From the NCBI GenBank assembly GCA_026770705.1, contig JANJGN010000042.1, forward strand, positions 4,464,001 to 4,528,000: a DNA stretch of 64,000 nt, given 5' to 3'. Positions 26,251-40,099 of the stretch are shown in pieces (the first letter of the stretch is position 1; every line of letters starts with the position of its first letter). Position numbers and translations under genes: made by a program. The notes below the pieces were generated by a model. The model made no database searches, was not told the origin of the DNA, and saw only the letters and a program-made list of their open reading frames with translations. Source of the DNA: Isurus oxyrinchus. Taxonomy: Eukaryota.

Positions 26251-27382
26251 ATATTAAACAATGGATGATTGGATGGATGAATGGATGGACAGATAGATTT
26301 TAATGGAATGTTGTTTGCTATGCCTTAATCTGTAGTTAGTATATTGTGCTATTTTCGTCTCAGAGCTCCATCAACAAAGGAACTGAAGATGGGTGGGCCG
26401 AGGGCATAAAGCCAGAACATTCTCCAATGATATCCTTAGGCTGAGCTAACTGGCATCCAAATGCCAAGTCCATAGTGCTTTTTCATTTCCACAGATACGA
26501 CTCCAGTCAATAGAGATATACCCAACAATCACACTGACTGTTTCAGTATTGTTCTTTGTTTTAATAGGGGCTCCTAAATTGCTACTGTGGGGACATTTCA
26601 AAATTATCAATTTGCCCTGAAATCAGTTTAATTTTGCCAATGGGGAAACAATAATTTGGGACAACATGAATATTCCCATAAAAAATGCGTGTTAATCAAC
26701 AAGATAAAGCACGCACTTATTACGGGAAGATACGGTTAAAGTTACTAGTTAAAGCTTTTTTATCCAAATAATTGATGCTATGTCTCCCAGGAACCACACT
26801 CGTGAAACTTTACTGTTACCTCCTCGAAGGTTTCTATGCCCTTGTTAAGGTAATGCCAAGAACTAGAGACAGTGCTCCGCGTGAGGTCTAAGTCATGTTT
26901 TATATATGTTTAAGTGTCATTTAAACGCATTTCCACTCGAAGCCACTACTTATGCAGTCCAGGATATACTGTGCTTGGTTTAACTTTCTTCGCAAGACAT
27001 ACTCATCTCAATTAATTTGACACTTGGGCACCCTGTTCCGTCCGCCGTCCATGTGGAGTTTTGCATTTTACTCTCCCCTTTATTTCCCCTTGCATCCAGA
27101 CCAAAATGAACAACGTCACTGCAATAATTTCAGCTCTTCTTTCCCCACTGAAGATATTGTTCTGGGGAAGCTGAAAGGGTAATGTCTCAAATATACCAGT
27201 GCTGAGATTCGGGCATTTTATTTTTAGATGCTTGAACCTAAATTCATCATTTCAGACCAGCCAGCCAGGATAAAGCACCTGTTTTATTTAGCATCCTATT
27301 CTCCATTTAGGAATGTACCACCTTCACCACAGAGGCACAGTGGCAGCAGTGTGTGCGATCGAACAGGTGCATTGCAGGAAGA

Positions 27383-27590
27383 TGGGAGCGAAGTAGTAAT
27401 CTCGCTAAATTAATAATCCAGGGATCCAGGCTAATGTTGTGGATATGTCATCTGATCTCACCATGCCAGCTGGAGGAACTTAATCACAATTAATAAGGTC
27501 AGCAAGTTAATATATAAAATGTGAAATGAAATGCAGCTCCAGTAATAACGATCACTACACCAGTCGTCGATTATCATAAACTAAACATCA
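27383..27590 (+). mobile_element. tRNA-derived SINE, 5' fragment
   Basis: Homologous to the head of 54316-54690 (taatccagggatccaggctaatg...caccatgccagctggaggaa). Confidence 0.6.
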
Positions 27591-28461
27591 TATATCATAG
27601 CCATGTTGGCCTGCCGGTAGATCCAAATCTCCAACAGGCAATTCAGCACAATGGCCTTTCCAGTCAACTTAATTTACAGTAGAATATTTAGGTAGATATA
27701 AATTTAAACAATGCAGTTTTGTTGCGCCAGCACTTGAAACAATGAACCCACAATGAGGATCCACATTCCTGTTCTCCTTGCAGGCCTTCATAAGTTGTAG
27801 GAAGCCCGTGATATCTTTGAATATGAGATTATGTTCCCCACAGTTCAGAAAAATAACTAGGCAGAAGATGCCTGCAGCTTGAATTTAGCACAAGTCAACC
27901 AACGTTACCTCGACGAATGTCAACACACCAATAGGACATTTTGTTGCCTTATTCACGGTTGGTCTCACAATATTGTGCACCAGAGCTTGGGTGTTGCTTC
28001 ATACCAGTATGGAATGTGCTTTCTTCATTGCATTAACGTTAGGCCTGAGCATTCAAGCCACCCAAAAATCACAGCTTATTGTAAACATTATTTGGCCTTG
28101 GAATGACGTCAGATTTGAAATCTACCTGAAAGCAAAGCACAAATGAAGGAAAGTGTCACGGTAATCATACTATGTGCTTTCTAGACCATATCATGTTCAA
28201 TAGACGGATAAGAGGTCAGGTAATTCGTTAAACACAATGTACTGTTCCAATATGTAGTAATGGCAGCCCCAATTGCCGATATGGAAATACCAGTTAGGGA
28301 GAATTCCAGGAACACTTAGCAGCTGAGGCTTTATCTATGGCTAGAGAAGAGCTGAAGTTTCCGGTCGATTATCTTAAAGCAGAACATTTAAATTTCCAAC
28401 AACTGCAGGTATTTATTAATGTATTTATATGTATGCCTGTCTAACCACTTACTTACATAGC

Positions 28462-28670
28462 NNNNNNNNNNNNNNNNNNNNNNNNNNNNNNNNNNNNNNN
28501 NNNNNNNNNNNNNNNNNNNNNNNNNNNNNNNNNNNNNNNNNNNNNNNNNNNNNNNNNNNNNNNNNNNNNNNNNNNNNNNNNNNNNNNNNNNNNNNNNNNN
28601 NNNNNNNNNNNNNNNNNNNNNNNNNNNNNNNNNNNNNNNNNNNNNNNNNNNNNNNNNNNNNNNNNNNNNN
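28462..28670. other. N-run (gap or hard-masked simple repeat)
   Basis: 209 N, with tctaaccac on both flanks. Confidence 0.95.
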
Positions 28671-31600
28671 TCTAACCACATATAGTTTTGTATGACCAGT
28701 TGTTGTTTGGCTGTCTGAGTGCCTGTCTAACATATCACTGTCATTCATTTGCATGCGAATAAAAATTGAAATATTCAATTGTAATATAGCAGCATCTAAA
28801 TTGAAAACATATAGAGCATTAACAACACAGATGGAGTTTATTTTACCAACAGAAATTAGTGCCCAATTTTTCCGATTCTGTTCTTTTTGCCATGAGTTCT
28901 TTCTCATTTTCATATATTTATACAATTCCCCTTTTTAAGCTTATTATTGCTGATCCTGCGTCCACCAGGTTACATGTTTCTGCTTATCCAGATCATAACA
29001 ACCAACTTAATAACAATAACATTTCCACTGTGTCTTTCCTTTGCAGTCAAAACAGTAAACGGACAGTCGTGTTCAAAATTGCTTAGTCAGACTGGAAAGC
29101 AGATGTACATTACACCGTGCTTAGTACCGGTACCATCACTGACATACTCGGTTCTGTCGAGCATCTGAATTGTGCGCTTGATATTAACTTGGGATGTGTT
29201 CGGCTATCAGATTGATTGATAAGATTGAACAGGTCCGCCACAAGTAGAATTGAATTAGAGGCATTCCTAGAGAAATGGGGAATCAACTTCTTGGTGGGTT
29301 AGTGCAAAATTATGTGCGCAGTCTCGAGAATCAGAAGGATTATTTCCACCCAGTCCGTGGAATACGTGAATCTCAATGGGGTACAACTCTAAAATCAATT
29401 GCTGTTTAGTGGGCAACGATTCACCAATCAATGGAGGTAATGTGATTCAAGTTAAGGCACTCAATCTGGAAAATTGATCTAAATTTTGCAATGGTGACCA
29501 AATATCAGGTTATCTGATGATACAGAATCATTTTCCTCAAATACATCAGAATTGAATTAACGACAGTGATATTGACTGGGAGCCCAATCAGAACTTCCGA
29601 TTGACATTGCAAAGAAACATCCCTTCCAAGAAGCATTCGAAACAATTCACTGTTCTACTACAAGTTTGTCAACCCAAAAGAGATATTGTGCAGACTGCTC
29701 AGCATTTCAAATATTTTCAGATTTCGTTTCGAGCACCGGAGGAAAATATGAAATATTGCTGGTCTTGACGTAATTTCAAGTTGCCACAGCTGGATATGGG
29801 GAGAAGTTTCATTTAAACAAATGTGCCTCGGTTAAAGCTCTTTGGCCACAATTCTGCCACTGTGCAAAGAAATTACATTACTTCCGCCACGTGGAGGTCT
29901 ATTGAAGTATACTGGTCACACTTTTAACGAGTAAAATTAACTTCTTTCAGCACATTCTGAACTATCATTTGGATTGATTTTATCAATTAATACTTTTATA
30001 CTGAAAGTAAATCGGAGATTGATTTTCTTCATGAATCAGCCAGAATGTGAAAATGCAATGGAAAGCATAATGGATGTGGATATGTTAATTTAAGCTGTCT
30101 TGTAAATTGGAACAATCCACTCGTTGCAGTGAGCATTTGCTGTACTTTCCGCCAGAATAGGTTGGAGGGTTACTTTAAGCTAACCTGTCAATGCACACAT
30201 GGGCGATGTTTCGACGCTATTTATAATTATACTCAATCACTTGGCATAGAATGAAGTCGCTGCTCATTGTCCCCAATCCTGACAGAGTAAGGGACAGTCA
30301 GCCATTGGCATGGAGAAGTAAGTTTCGCAGTTCATCATAACACATTGGTGAATACTGGACAGGGCAGCTTTGATGAATAATGCACCTCAGTTGACAGTGA
30401 TGCTGAGTGCTTGCAGCAGTTTTTTGATTCAAAGAATCCGAATTGAACATTTGTAGATTTACTCTTGACATGCCTGCATTCCACTGATTAATCTTTAAAA
30501 TAAATCACATGTTGAGGAGGCCGAGTGAGTTAATTATGATCTAACCTTTTACTTTCATCATATATATTCAAATGTATCGCTTGGACGACAATAAACAATA
30601 TATTATTTAAAGGACATCAATAGACTGAAACGAGGTATGTCTTCATGCATTGACATAAAATATCACAGTTTTATTTACTGTTTTTAACCTCTTTATCCCT
30701 CTCTACCTGCGATTGCCAACTCCTCATTTGCAGATTCCAGCCTAACATAAAAAAACAATAACCTGTAGCTTTACCTCCTCGCTGTTCATGATCATATTGA
30801 TTTTGTTATGCCCTTTTATCAATTAATGAAAATAATGATATTATGAAAAAAAAAGATTAAATGGAAGTCAGTCTGTAGCCTACCTTAACTCGATGATCTC
30901 AACTTTCCTTAACCCGTATTCTCAAAGCTGGAGAGAAATGGCAGAAGCTGCGTCCGAACCTGGACTCTACTTCTAAGAGTACAGATTTAAATGCCTAAAT
31001 ATAATGAACATGATATCTGTAACTGCTTGTAAATGTCAGGCTCCAGGTCGTTGGCTGTCGTGGGTATTTTGTTACAGGATATATTGTACTTGCAATAAGG
31101 TGTGACTTCTGGTTTGTAATGTCTCGCTTCCAGTATTTGTGCATTGACTATCAGACTTTCTAAATATGTTGGAGAACGACAGTACAAAATTCAATGATAG
31201 AATGTTGTTAAATGTTCATGCATAATTCCCCTTTAATGAGATCACTCCACAATGTTAGACCTCACAAATACTTTCAGCTGTCCCAGAGTACCACAGCTGC
31301 CCAGGTCACGTTTTTGCCTGATAGAGTTTGCTTCCCTTTATCCAAGAAGGGTTAAATCTGGAGTGATATCATGCAACAAATTTAGGACACTGAACAATAT
31401 TTGCTCAACGGGTACTCTTTTCGGATCCGCACAACTCTTGCTCCTAGATTCACCATTTTTGTCCTCCTCCAGTAGTTGTGAAATGAATTCCCACGTCAGC
31501 TGCCTTACACCCCCAGTGCCATGGGCCCTGTTCTGTTCCTCTTCCGGCTGCAAAACGAACTTTCTCGCACGGGCCCATCTCGCAGCCTGTCTGAACTGTT

Positions 31601-31984
31601 TATTTTCTTAGGCAACTCTGATTCTCACCAGGAGGGATGCATTCGTGCTCTGTAACAATGTTATTCTGAAGCAGATAAAAGGCTGTAACTCGATATCTAA
31701 ACTGAGCTTCGATTTTGTATTTTCCATTCCCAGTTCTCATCTCTAAAGCAGTCTAGATCACCCAGGCACTGATCAGAAATGATGTATTGGCACGAAATCC
31801 ATTAACATCTTTTTCCAACTATATATGTTTCACTTTGGGTTCAAAGCGGATTTCAAAACAGTAAGCTTCTTGAACGAGAATTCTGCCATCTCCCTCAATA
31901 GAAAACGTAAAACTGCTGCACAAGTCCAGAATTACTATAGGATTGTTGAACCGCATCTGTCCACGTTGATTCTTTTTATCCACT

Positions 31985-32305
31985 TTTATTCTTTATAAGA
32001 CGTGGGCGCTGCAGACAAGGTCAACATTTATTGTCTATCCTTAATTGCCCTTGAACAGAAAGCAGTTCAGTGTCAACCACATCGCTGTGGGGTTCGAACA
32101 ACATATTGGTCAGAACGGGTACGTTGAGAAATTTATTTTTTAAAGGTTAGTAGTGTACAACATGGGTTTTGGCAGCTATAGATAGACTGAGAGACCCTCT
32201 TTGATCTCCAGGTTTTTTTTTTAATCTCTCATTTGCTGTGCTGCAATTTGAACTCATGAACCAAGATCGTCATCCTGGATCACTGGTACAGCGAAATCAG
32301 CATTA
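31985..32305 (-). mobile_element. tRNA-derived SINE, degenerate near-full-length copy
   Basis: catttattgtctatccttaattgcccttgaac is the reverse complement of the shared tail; the body resembles 40853-41215. Confidence 0.7.
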
Positions 32306-33055
32306 TACTGAATTAAAGCTTACCAGCTGAATATAAGAGTCCTGATTTCAACAATGATGAAGAATATGCATCGTCCCATCATTGAATTGAACTGGTCCAT
32401 CATGAGTGGAATGACGCTGATCAGGATATGAACATACAGAATATACCGATACTGAACTGGTGCAGAGTTCACTGAAATTGCATACGGAGACAGGGCATGT
32501 CAGCAACAAAGGTGAGCGTAAGCTATGGCTTTGTTCACACTGAACATAAAGGTTTTCTAGTGGGCCGGTTCACAGTCAAGTGTACCTGAAAACATTGAGT
32601 TATACCGGCAATGCCCTGGGCAAGCCTGCACTGAATTTGTTGTGAGGAATTGAATCTATTCGCACAGAATAAATCATCTTTAACCAGGCTGAACCAATGA
32701 ATACACAGGCTGTTGAGTTAAAAGGTTGTAAAATTTCAGTGATATTTGGAATAATCGTGCATCTGATTTGAGATACCACTGATTAACGAAAATGAGTTAA
32801 AATCTTTTTGAATTTTCTTAAGGAGAAAAAAGCATTGAACAGTACTCTGGCCTCAACCCAAAATCTGGGCATTCATGTTTTTGTTCAAAGTAAGTAACGA
32901 GAAGCATCCTGCTATTCATGTTAGAGTCCTGTGTTAGGTCACCTGGAAAAAAATAACAACCAACGATTTCCATCAAAACATAACCACCAGCAAAGCAGCT
33001 GCTGCACTTATCTGTTTGCAACAGTCAAAGTAATTGAAACAAAAAATCAAACAAA

Positions 33056-33077
33056 CTAATTATTTGCCTGGAGCCTA
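33056..33077 (+). promoter_or_regulatory. Putative promoter remnant of orphan exon D
   Basis: CTAATTATTTGCCTGGAGCCT aligns with copy A upstream (CATTATTTCCCAGGAGCCT on the minus strand) at the same distance (~-87) from the ATG. Confidence 0.5.
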
Positions 33078-33142
33078 TGGAGAGGTGTAACATTGTGCAA
33101 TTTCCAGTAGATTGTAGAACGCACGCAGAGCTTCGGTTAGAA

Positions 33143-33212
33143 ATGCACGGGTTAACAACAAGCCTGGTGTTTGCCATTTAGTATCCCGTAATTGGAGCTA
33201 TTGGAGTTCCAG
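33143..33212 (+). pseudogene. Orphan GPCR first exon D (MHGLTTSLVFAI*YPVIGAIGVP)
   Basis: ATG at 33143, 70 nt, donor CCAG|GTAAAG, TAG at 33179-33181 in place of Tyr. No exon 2 was found before the next first exon at 42870. Confidence 0.88.
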
Positions 33213-34334
33213 GTAAAGTCTTGTAGTCAGTCAGTAGCTGCACATATTATAAGCTGGCTGCAATAACTTTACTTGTAGCGCATCTCCTCAATACATTTGC
33301 CCTTTCTCCAATTTAATATGATGTATTTTTCCCCATTCACCGTTTCAGTTCGTGCCTTTTAAGTGGTACAATCTATCCATGAACTTTTGTCCGGTATTGA
33401 TGGTGTACATTTTCCCGTTAACAAGCGCAACTATAATCTAACCAGGATTTCCTCATTTTCTTTCAGCTATACGCATTCAAGTAACTTGTGATGGAAAAAG
33501 CAGAAACCAACAGCCAAATTTGAGCTCTTTTTTTTACTCCCTGCCCCTGCTTAAACTTTCGACATTCTAGGTGTATATATCTGTTTGTTTCACACCGTGG
33601 GTGTTACATGGGATTAGCGATTGTAGCATCTAACACAACCAGCGCCAGCAGCTTCAGGAATGCAGAGAGAGAGTGTGTGAGTGAGAGAGAGAGAGAGAAG
33701 GCCAGAGAGTACGCAACTGAGCAACAGAGCATGAATCAAAACCTTCAGGGGAAGAGAGAAAGAGAGGTTGAAGACAATGGAAAACTGAAATGTGCAAGAA
33801 GGAAACCGTAGGTGACATAAGTCAGGGGGAACAGTGAAAAGTGAACTGAACTCAGCCAGAGCCAAAAAATTCGGAGGGAGAGAAGGTGAGAGAGGGTCCA
33901 ATGACTGATGAACTGCAGCAAAAAAGAGACAGCAGAAATGAACCCAGTCAGCTTTAGAAAACAGAAAATCGTAACAACCAATAAGATGTTAAGGGTTTGA
34001 AATTGGAGCAAAGTTGGATAATAGAAAGGACATGTTAACACAGTCGTTCCTTCTCGATTATAATTGTATAATAAAGAGTATACTGAAGTGTGCGTTGGTG
34101 CATTCGATGAAGAGGCTGCAGAACTAACAGCGGAAAGACAAAGCGGCTTTAAATACTTATTTTCTATCCTCCCTCATTGGCGTAGACACTAAAAACATAC
34201 TGGTACAAATTCGAACATTTGGGGGTGGTGGGGGTGGGGGGGTGTTTGGGGGGAGGAGGGTGGAACTCATAACAACCATAATCGCTGGAGACAAAAGCAC
34301 CAGCAAAACATGTGACTTTAAAGGTGTGAACATA

Positions 34335-35850
34335 TGAACGCACGAGTTAAGAGTAGTAACAGGCCTTTTAGCCTCTCGAGCCTGTCTCATTATTTAATAA
34401 GATCGTGTTTGATCGGATTTTAACATCAACTACACGTTGTCACCTCCCCCCAATAACCTTTCACCATTGACACCTCAAGATTCCATCTACTTCTGCCTCA
34501 AAAATATTCAAACGGCGGGATTTTTCGGCCGCAATTGCAGCCGGGATTATCTGCTCCTGTGGAAACCCAATAACTTTTGGCTGTGCTGCAGAATCTCACG
34601 TAGTGGGCTCTGCCACAACGGGACGGCAAACCCCCGGCAAATTGTATTGTTTCCACTGCCTTTTGTAGAAGAGTTCCAAAGACTCACAACCCTCTGAGGG
34701 AGGAAAAAAGAACTTACCTCTGGCTTCAGTGGGCGACCCCATATTATTAAACAGTGGTTCCTAGTTCTAGGTTCACACACAAGATGAAACATCATTTCCA
34801 CATTCAACCTTCCTAGTCTCTTCACGATCTTATATGATTCTATCACATTGCCTCTTACTTATCTAATCTCCAATGGCGGCAAGCCAAGACTGTCCAACCT
34901 TTCCTCATAAGACACCCCACCCATTTCCATGGAGTAGTGTGATAAACATTCACTGAGTTGCATTTAACGCATTTCCAACATTGCTTAGATAAGGAGCCCA
35001 ACACTTACACTGTTACATATGTTGCCTCACCAAAGCCCATTATAATTGAAGCAATATCTCTCAACTTTTGTATCAAATTCCCCTTGCAATATACAATAAC
35101 ATAATATTAGCTTTGCTAACTATTGCTGCACCTGTACATTGACATTCTTGATTCATGCACTAGTGCAGGCCGATCCTTCTGCATTTCAAGCCTCTACAAT
35201 CACTCACCATTTTGAAAGCATTCGTCCGTCAAAATTGGCCAATTTCCCATTTTGCAACACTATCGTGTATTTGCCTGAACTTTGCCCGCCCTCTTAACAT
35301 GTCGGTATCACTTTGTTGCCTCCTTATATCCTCTTCATAAATTACTTCCCAATTTATTTTTGTGTCGTCAGCAAATTCAGCATTCAGGCCATTGGTCCCT
35401 TCATCCATGTTATTTGTATAAATTGCAAAAATTTGATAGCCCAGCACTGATCCATATAGCACACTAGTCGTCATATCCTGCCAACTGGAAAGTGATGCCT
35501 ACTATCTTTTTCATGTTTGCTTTCTAATCTTCTATTCATGCCAACATGTTACGCTTTACACCATGAGCTTTTATTATCCACAGTATACGTTGATGAGGCT
35601 CCTTATAAAATGCCTTCTGAAATTCTAAGTACATTACTTTCACCGGTTCCCCATTATGCACAGCACTTCACTTCTTCAAGGATCTCCAATAAATTCGTGG
35701 AACATGATTTCACTTGCACAAACAATGTTGATTCTGCGTGATTATATTGAAATTATTCAAGTGCCCTGTTATAACATCTTTAACAATAGCTTCTAACATT
35801 TTCATGATGGTAGAAGTTAATCTTACTGACGATGGTTTCCCGCTTTCTTT
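34335..35850 (-). mobile_element. CR1-type LINE RT to 3' end
   Basis: ORFs read VLYGSVLGYQIFAIYTNNMDEG...EFADDTKI and MIESYKIVKRLGRLNVEMMF...FFLPQRVVSLWNS. Confidence 0.88.
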
Positions 35851-35864
35851 CTGGAGAGAGAAAA

Positions 35865-36755
35865 CAAAACATTCTGGAGGAAAAACTGTCCGCTGGTTGG
35901 AATCATGCCTAGCACAGAGGGAGATTGTGATTGTTGAAGGTCAATCATCTCAACTCCAGAACATCACTGCAGGAGTTCTTCAGGGAAGTGCCCTCAGCCC
36001 AGCCATCATTAGCTGCTTCATCAGTGACCCTCCTTCCATCATAAGGTCAGAAGTGGGGATGTTCACTGATGATTGCACAATGTTCAGCACCATTCGTGAT
36101 CCGTCAGATACAGAAGCAGTCCATGTGTCAAATGTAGCAAGATCTGCAAAATATGCAGGCTTAGGATCACAATTAGCAAGCATGTTGCGCGCCAAACATG
36201 TGCCAGTTAATGACTACCTCCAACAAATAAAAAATCTAAACATCGTCCCTTGACATTCAATGGTGTTACCATATCTGAATTTCGCCCCCACACGCCACCC
36301 ACCACACCGCCGCCCCCCCCCCCCCCCACCCCGCGTTTGAATGGCACTCCATCCACGAACCATTCTCTCTCTCCAATACCCACGCATGGTAGAACCTGTG
36401 TGTACTATCTACAAGATGGATTGTAGGAACTTACTATAGCTCCTCAGGTAACACCTTCCACACCCAAGTACGCTGCCATGTAGAAAGACAAGTGCAGCAG
36501 ATACATGGGAGTACCATCACCTGCAAGTTCCCCTCCAAGTCACTCACCATCTTGACTTGGAAATATGTCGCCATTCCTTCACTGTCGCTGGATGAAAATC
36601 CTGGTGCCCATTTCTTAATAACATTATGGGTGTTCCTACAGCACAAGGATATGAATAGTTCAAGAAGGGATCTCTCTACCTTCTCAAGTGTAATTATCAA
36701 TGTGCAACAAAGACTATCCTGGCCAGCGTAGCCCGCCTCCCGTGAATAAATTGAA
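35865..36755 (+). mobile_element. CR1-group LINE (SINE-partner family), RT fragment and 3' end
   Basis: Reads WLESCLAQREIVIVEGQSS...AGVLQGSALSP...GMFTDDCTMF; tail tggccagcgtagcccgcctcccgtgaataaa. Confidence 0.88.
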
Positions 36756-36759
36756 GAAA

Positions 36760-37214
36760 ACAAAAACGTAATAACTGTACCTGATACATGTTCATTCAGT
36801 GCTCGGACCTTACAGAGGTGTTTGCACATTGTAACCTCTCTATTCCACTGAACGGGCTACCTGACTCCTGGAATCTAACTGTCAGCTACGAGGCACCTTT
36901 TCCTGTCTGACCCGCACGATAATTCTTACTTTGATGAGTCAAAACAATAAGTTTCTTTTTGGGTTTTTTTGTATTGAATCAAAGGGAAATTTAAATTTTT
37001 CAGTTATATTTCCCAGAGACTGACCCGCATGCTACCATCCAACTGGACAGCAGAAGGGAGCATGTACCACCATGATCGTTCCTGCTGCTGGATGCAAGAC
37101 TCAAGCCATTCATGAACGAATGCCCCCAAACCGACGTTTTCCCACTCAGTAAGAATCAGCGACTTAATCCCAAATCTGCCTTCTGTATGTGGATCCACTT
37201 ACCCAAACATATGT
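36760..37214 (+). repeat. Local segmental duplication, copy 1 (paralog of 42190-42620)
   Basis: Colinear matches include tctctattccactgaac, cctgctgctggatg, tcaagccattcat, aatcagcgactta, cccaaatctgcct and tggatcca. Confidence 0.9.
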
Positions 37215-39084
37215 TATGTTATGTATCTACATCACATGCATTGCATTTGTTCCAAACCCAGCTCACCATCAGCTTCTCTATGGCAATTAGGGATGGCCAA
37301 AAAACGCTGGTCGAGTCAGCGACACCCACATCACATTATTGCTTTCCATTTTTATCCTGTACAACTGAGAATGTTATTAGCTGAAAAGACATTGAATTTG
37401 AAATAATAGGGAGAGAAAGCGCTGTGAAACTCCGAGAAATCAACATTTTCAGGCCCAGCCTCTTCCAACTTAGTTTGCTGTTTATAACTGTAATATTTCA
37501 GCAGTGTCCTCCTAACTTTATTGTCTAAAGTGTCACCAAACGCCCGCCCATTGTTTGTTTTTGCATCGAAAATTTCGAAACAATTCAAAATATATGTCAG
37601 TTTCCCAGAATTCCTGACCTTGCAACATCTGCATAAGATGTTGCTTCATCTCTTTACGCTATCTAGATTGGAGGGAAATCAAGAGCTTAACGTTTTCTAA
37701 AGATGATGTTTTTAACAGTGCAATGCAATAATTTGTAGCATTAAATTTAGATAGCATTTAAGGCATTGGTAGAACTAGAAATCAATAATCACCAATTGTT
37801 CCTTCGGGGACTGAAAGGTTCATTTCTGTCATGTGTTCTACACACTTTTCACATTTGTCATGTTCTGGACTGCTTCGTGGACTGCGTCCCCTCCGACGTT
37901 AGAATAGATGTTCTATCGATATTTATATTGAGAAAGCAGTCCATTTGCCAGCACCTACTTTAAAGTCGTTGTGATGAAAGTTCATCACGGCCCTAGGCAA
38001 TTATCTCTTACGCCCTGTGGTTTTATAAGACTTTCTGGCACAGAGAGTGCTTGCAAGATTTTGATTAAAGAATGGCCTTACTTTCTCGATGCTCCTTTTG
38101 AATTAGAAAGCAGCAACTGCAATGGAACTGCTCAATAAACAATAAAACATAGGCGTAATTTCTTTCCATCCCCTTCCAATCAGCCCTGCTATAAATCCAA
38201 GCCTGCTATTTCTGCCAAGTTTTCAGCTCTTGAAAGTGGTTATGCCGTTGTCCCCTGTGCCGATCTCTCTTTGTTTTTAATCACAAGCACACAGTCTGAA
38301 TGATACCCAGCGTTTGTTGGTTTGTCATTAATGAATGGAATTACTGAAATTGATGCGCTGGATGTGTCTGTGGGATTTCAGAGGATGCCATTCTGACCCT
38401 CCATCCTGTCCTTCCAATCTAATATATAATGGCTTTTATGTCTTTTATCGGCATCTACCTGCATTGGCTCCGTATGTTATGACCTGACTCGCAAGAATTT
38501 TTCTCTCAGAGATTTGGAATTATTAAATGAAGCAAAATTTTCTGTTTATCAAGGGAGGCAGGTCCACATGTATGTTTGTTCATGAGGACGTATTTCTTAG
38601 CGTCTCTCATGAATGGCGTGACTCTCATTTAACTACATGTTCACATAGCTTAGACTTCACCAGCGGTGATCGTATTGAATGGTGACACATGATTGAGTAG
38701 CCATATTGGCGACTCATGTTTGTAGTCGTTATTTTAACCAGTCTGTCGACATAGCTACAGTACCCACGCCTTTGTATCATACCAGAGATTATATTGCACT
38801 GTTTAACTAAAGTCTTAAACGTTTCCATGACTTCTGCACCCAGATGTGAACAGAATTATGCAGCTGAGATGAAAATGGTAAGTTGCAAATTCTGGCCATG
38901 ATTTATTTGACTTTTTTCTCTTTCAGTCTGCAGCGTTACTCAATAAAATTTTCCATTTGCTTCTTGAAAACTTATTACTGTTCACAGATTGGTACAAATG
39001 GTTTCCCTGGTATTCATTTTAAAATTCTGCCACTTCATTTAATTGGCCCTCCCACATTCTTCCTAACCCAATTTAACATTTCAA

Positions 39085-39260
39085 CATGGTGATGTCATGG
39101 AACAGGTAACCCCGAAGCTTCGAAACAATCCTGGGGACATGGGTTCCAATCCCACAAGGGAAGCTGGTGGAATGCAAATTCTAAGTAATAAAAGACAGTC
39201 TGAGTAATGATGACCAGGAAACATTCATCGCCAGTTGTAAAAGCAAATGGTGTTTACTAA
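39085..39260 (+). mobile_element. tRNA-derived SINE, 5' half
   Basis: ctggggacatgggttccaatcccac (B-box-like) followed by ggtggaat...taatgatgacca; homologous to 40853 and 54316. Confidence 0.7.
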
Positions 39261-40099
39261 CAGAACAAGAAAACAGAAAATGCATGAAAAGCTCAGCAGG
39301 TCTGGCAGCATCTGTGGAGAGGGAACAAGAGTTAGTCAGTGCAACTTTGTGTTGGCCGTCTTCCATCGAGGATAGGTGATGAATACGCAGTGAGCAATCC
39401 ATTTCGATTTTGAATTTGTGCACCATTGCTGTGGGTATGTAGGCCCCGTCACAAGTGCTGCAGTGCAGCTGCCACGTGGCTCTGTGGTATCTTACTTTTG
39501 CTTTTGGAGCCAGCTGTGATGCAGGTGTAGCCACTTTTTGTTATGGTGGTGAAATGGAGTGTCAATATTTCCATCTCTCGCCAACGAGTAGCTTCATTTT
39601 CCGAACGCCCTTGTTTATGGCCTCATGTCACACTTGCTGGAATCCATGAGGCTCTGCTCCCTCACCAATTGGAAAATTTTTGCTTAAAGATCTGTCATCC
39701 ATCCGCTGAAGCCACTTCCGTAAGTTTATTTGCAAGACCTTTGGGAGTTCTGAGAAGACTACATTATTCATGCTTTTGTTGTGCTAGATCATTTCATAAT
39801 TCAATATAGAATGTAAAGCTGTAAATTATTGAGCGTCTTTTCCTGCTTGCTGTAAATTGCATATGTTTCACTGCCTGCCGGAAAGGTAATCTGAACACAT
39901 GGCTTACAAGCCATAATCATGGTTCTAAATGTCAGCTTGGTATTATCCAACCTGCATTTCGCGATTCAGCCAATGCCTGAAGCTGCTTCCCCTATTTCCA
40001 TATCTCGAGCTCAGCATTCGGGGACAGATTGCCTCTTCCTTGGATTCATTCCGCAAGTAGATGGAGTTGTTTCAGTGTTGACCTAGCAAAGACCTTCAG

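Noticed and set aside
28388-28925. ORFs spanning N-runs (also 55964-56593)
   Set aside because: They are open only because N codons contain no stops.
32818-33021. Minus-strand ORF containing FFPG with CCAG|GTGAC as the missing exon 1 of copy C
   Set aside because: It has no MH start or YP/IG motif, and the T-rich ttttttccag looks incidental.
33450-33500. Acceptor-like ttttctttcag|CT after exon D as the start of its exon 2
   Set aside because: The downstream translation has no similarity to the N-L-V-A-I-L-S-R-G-R-C motif.
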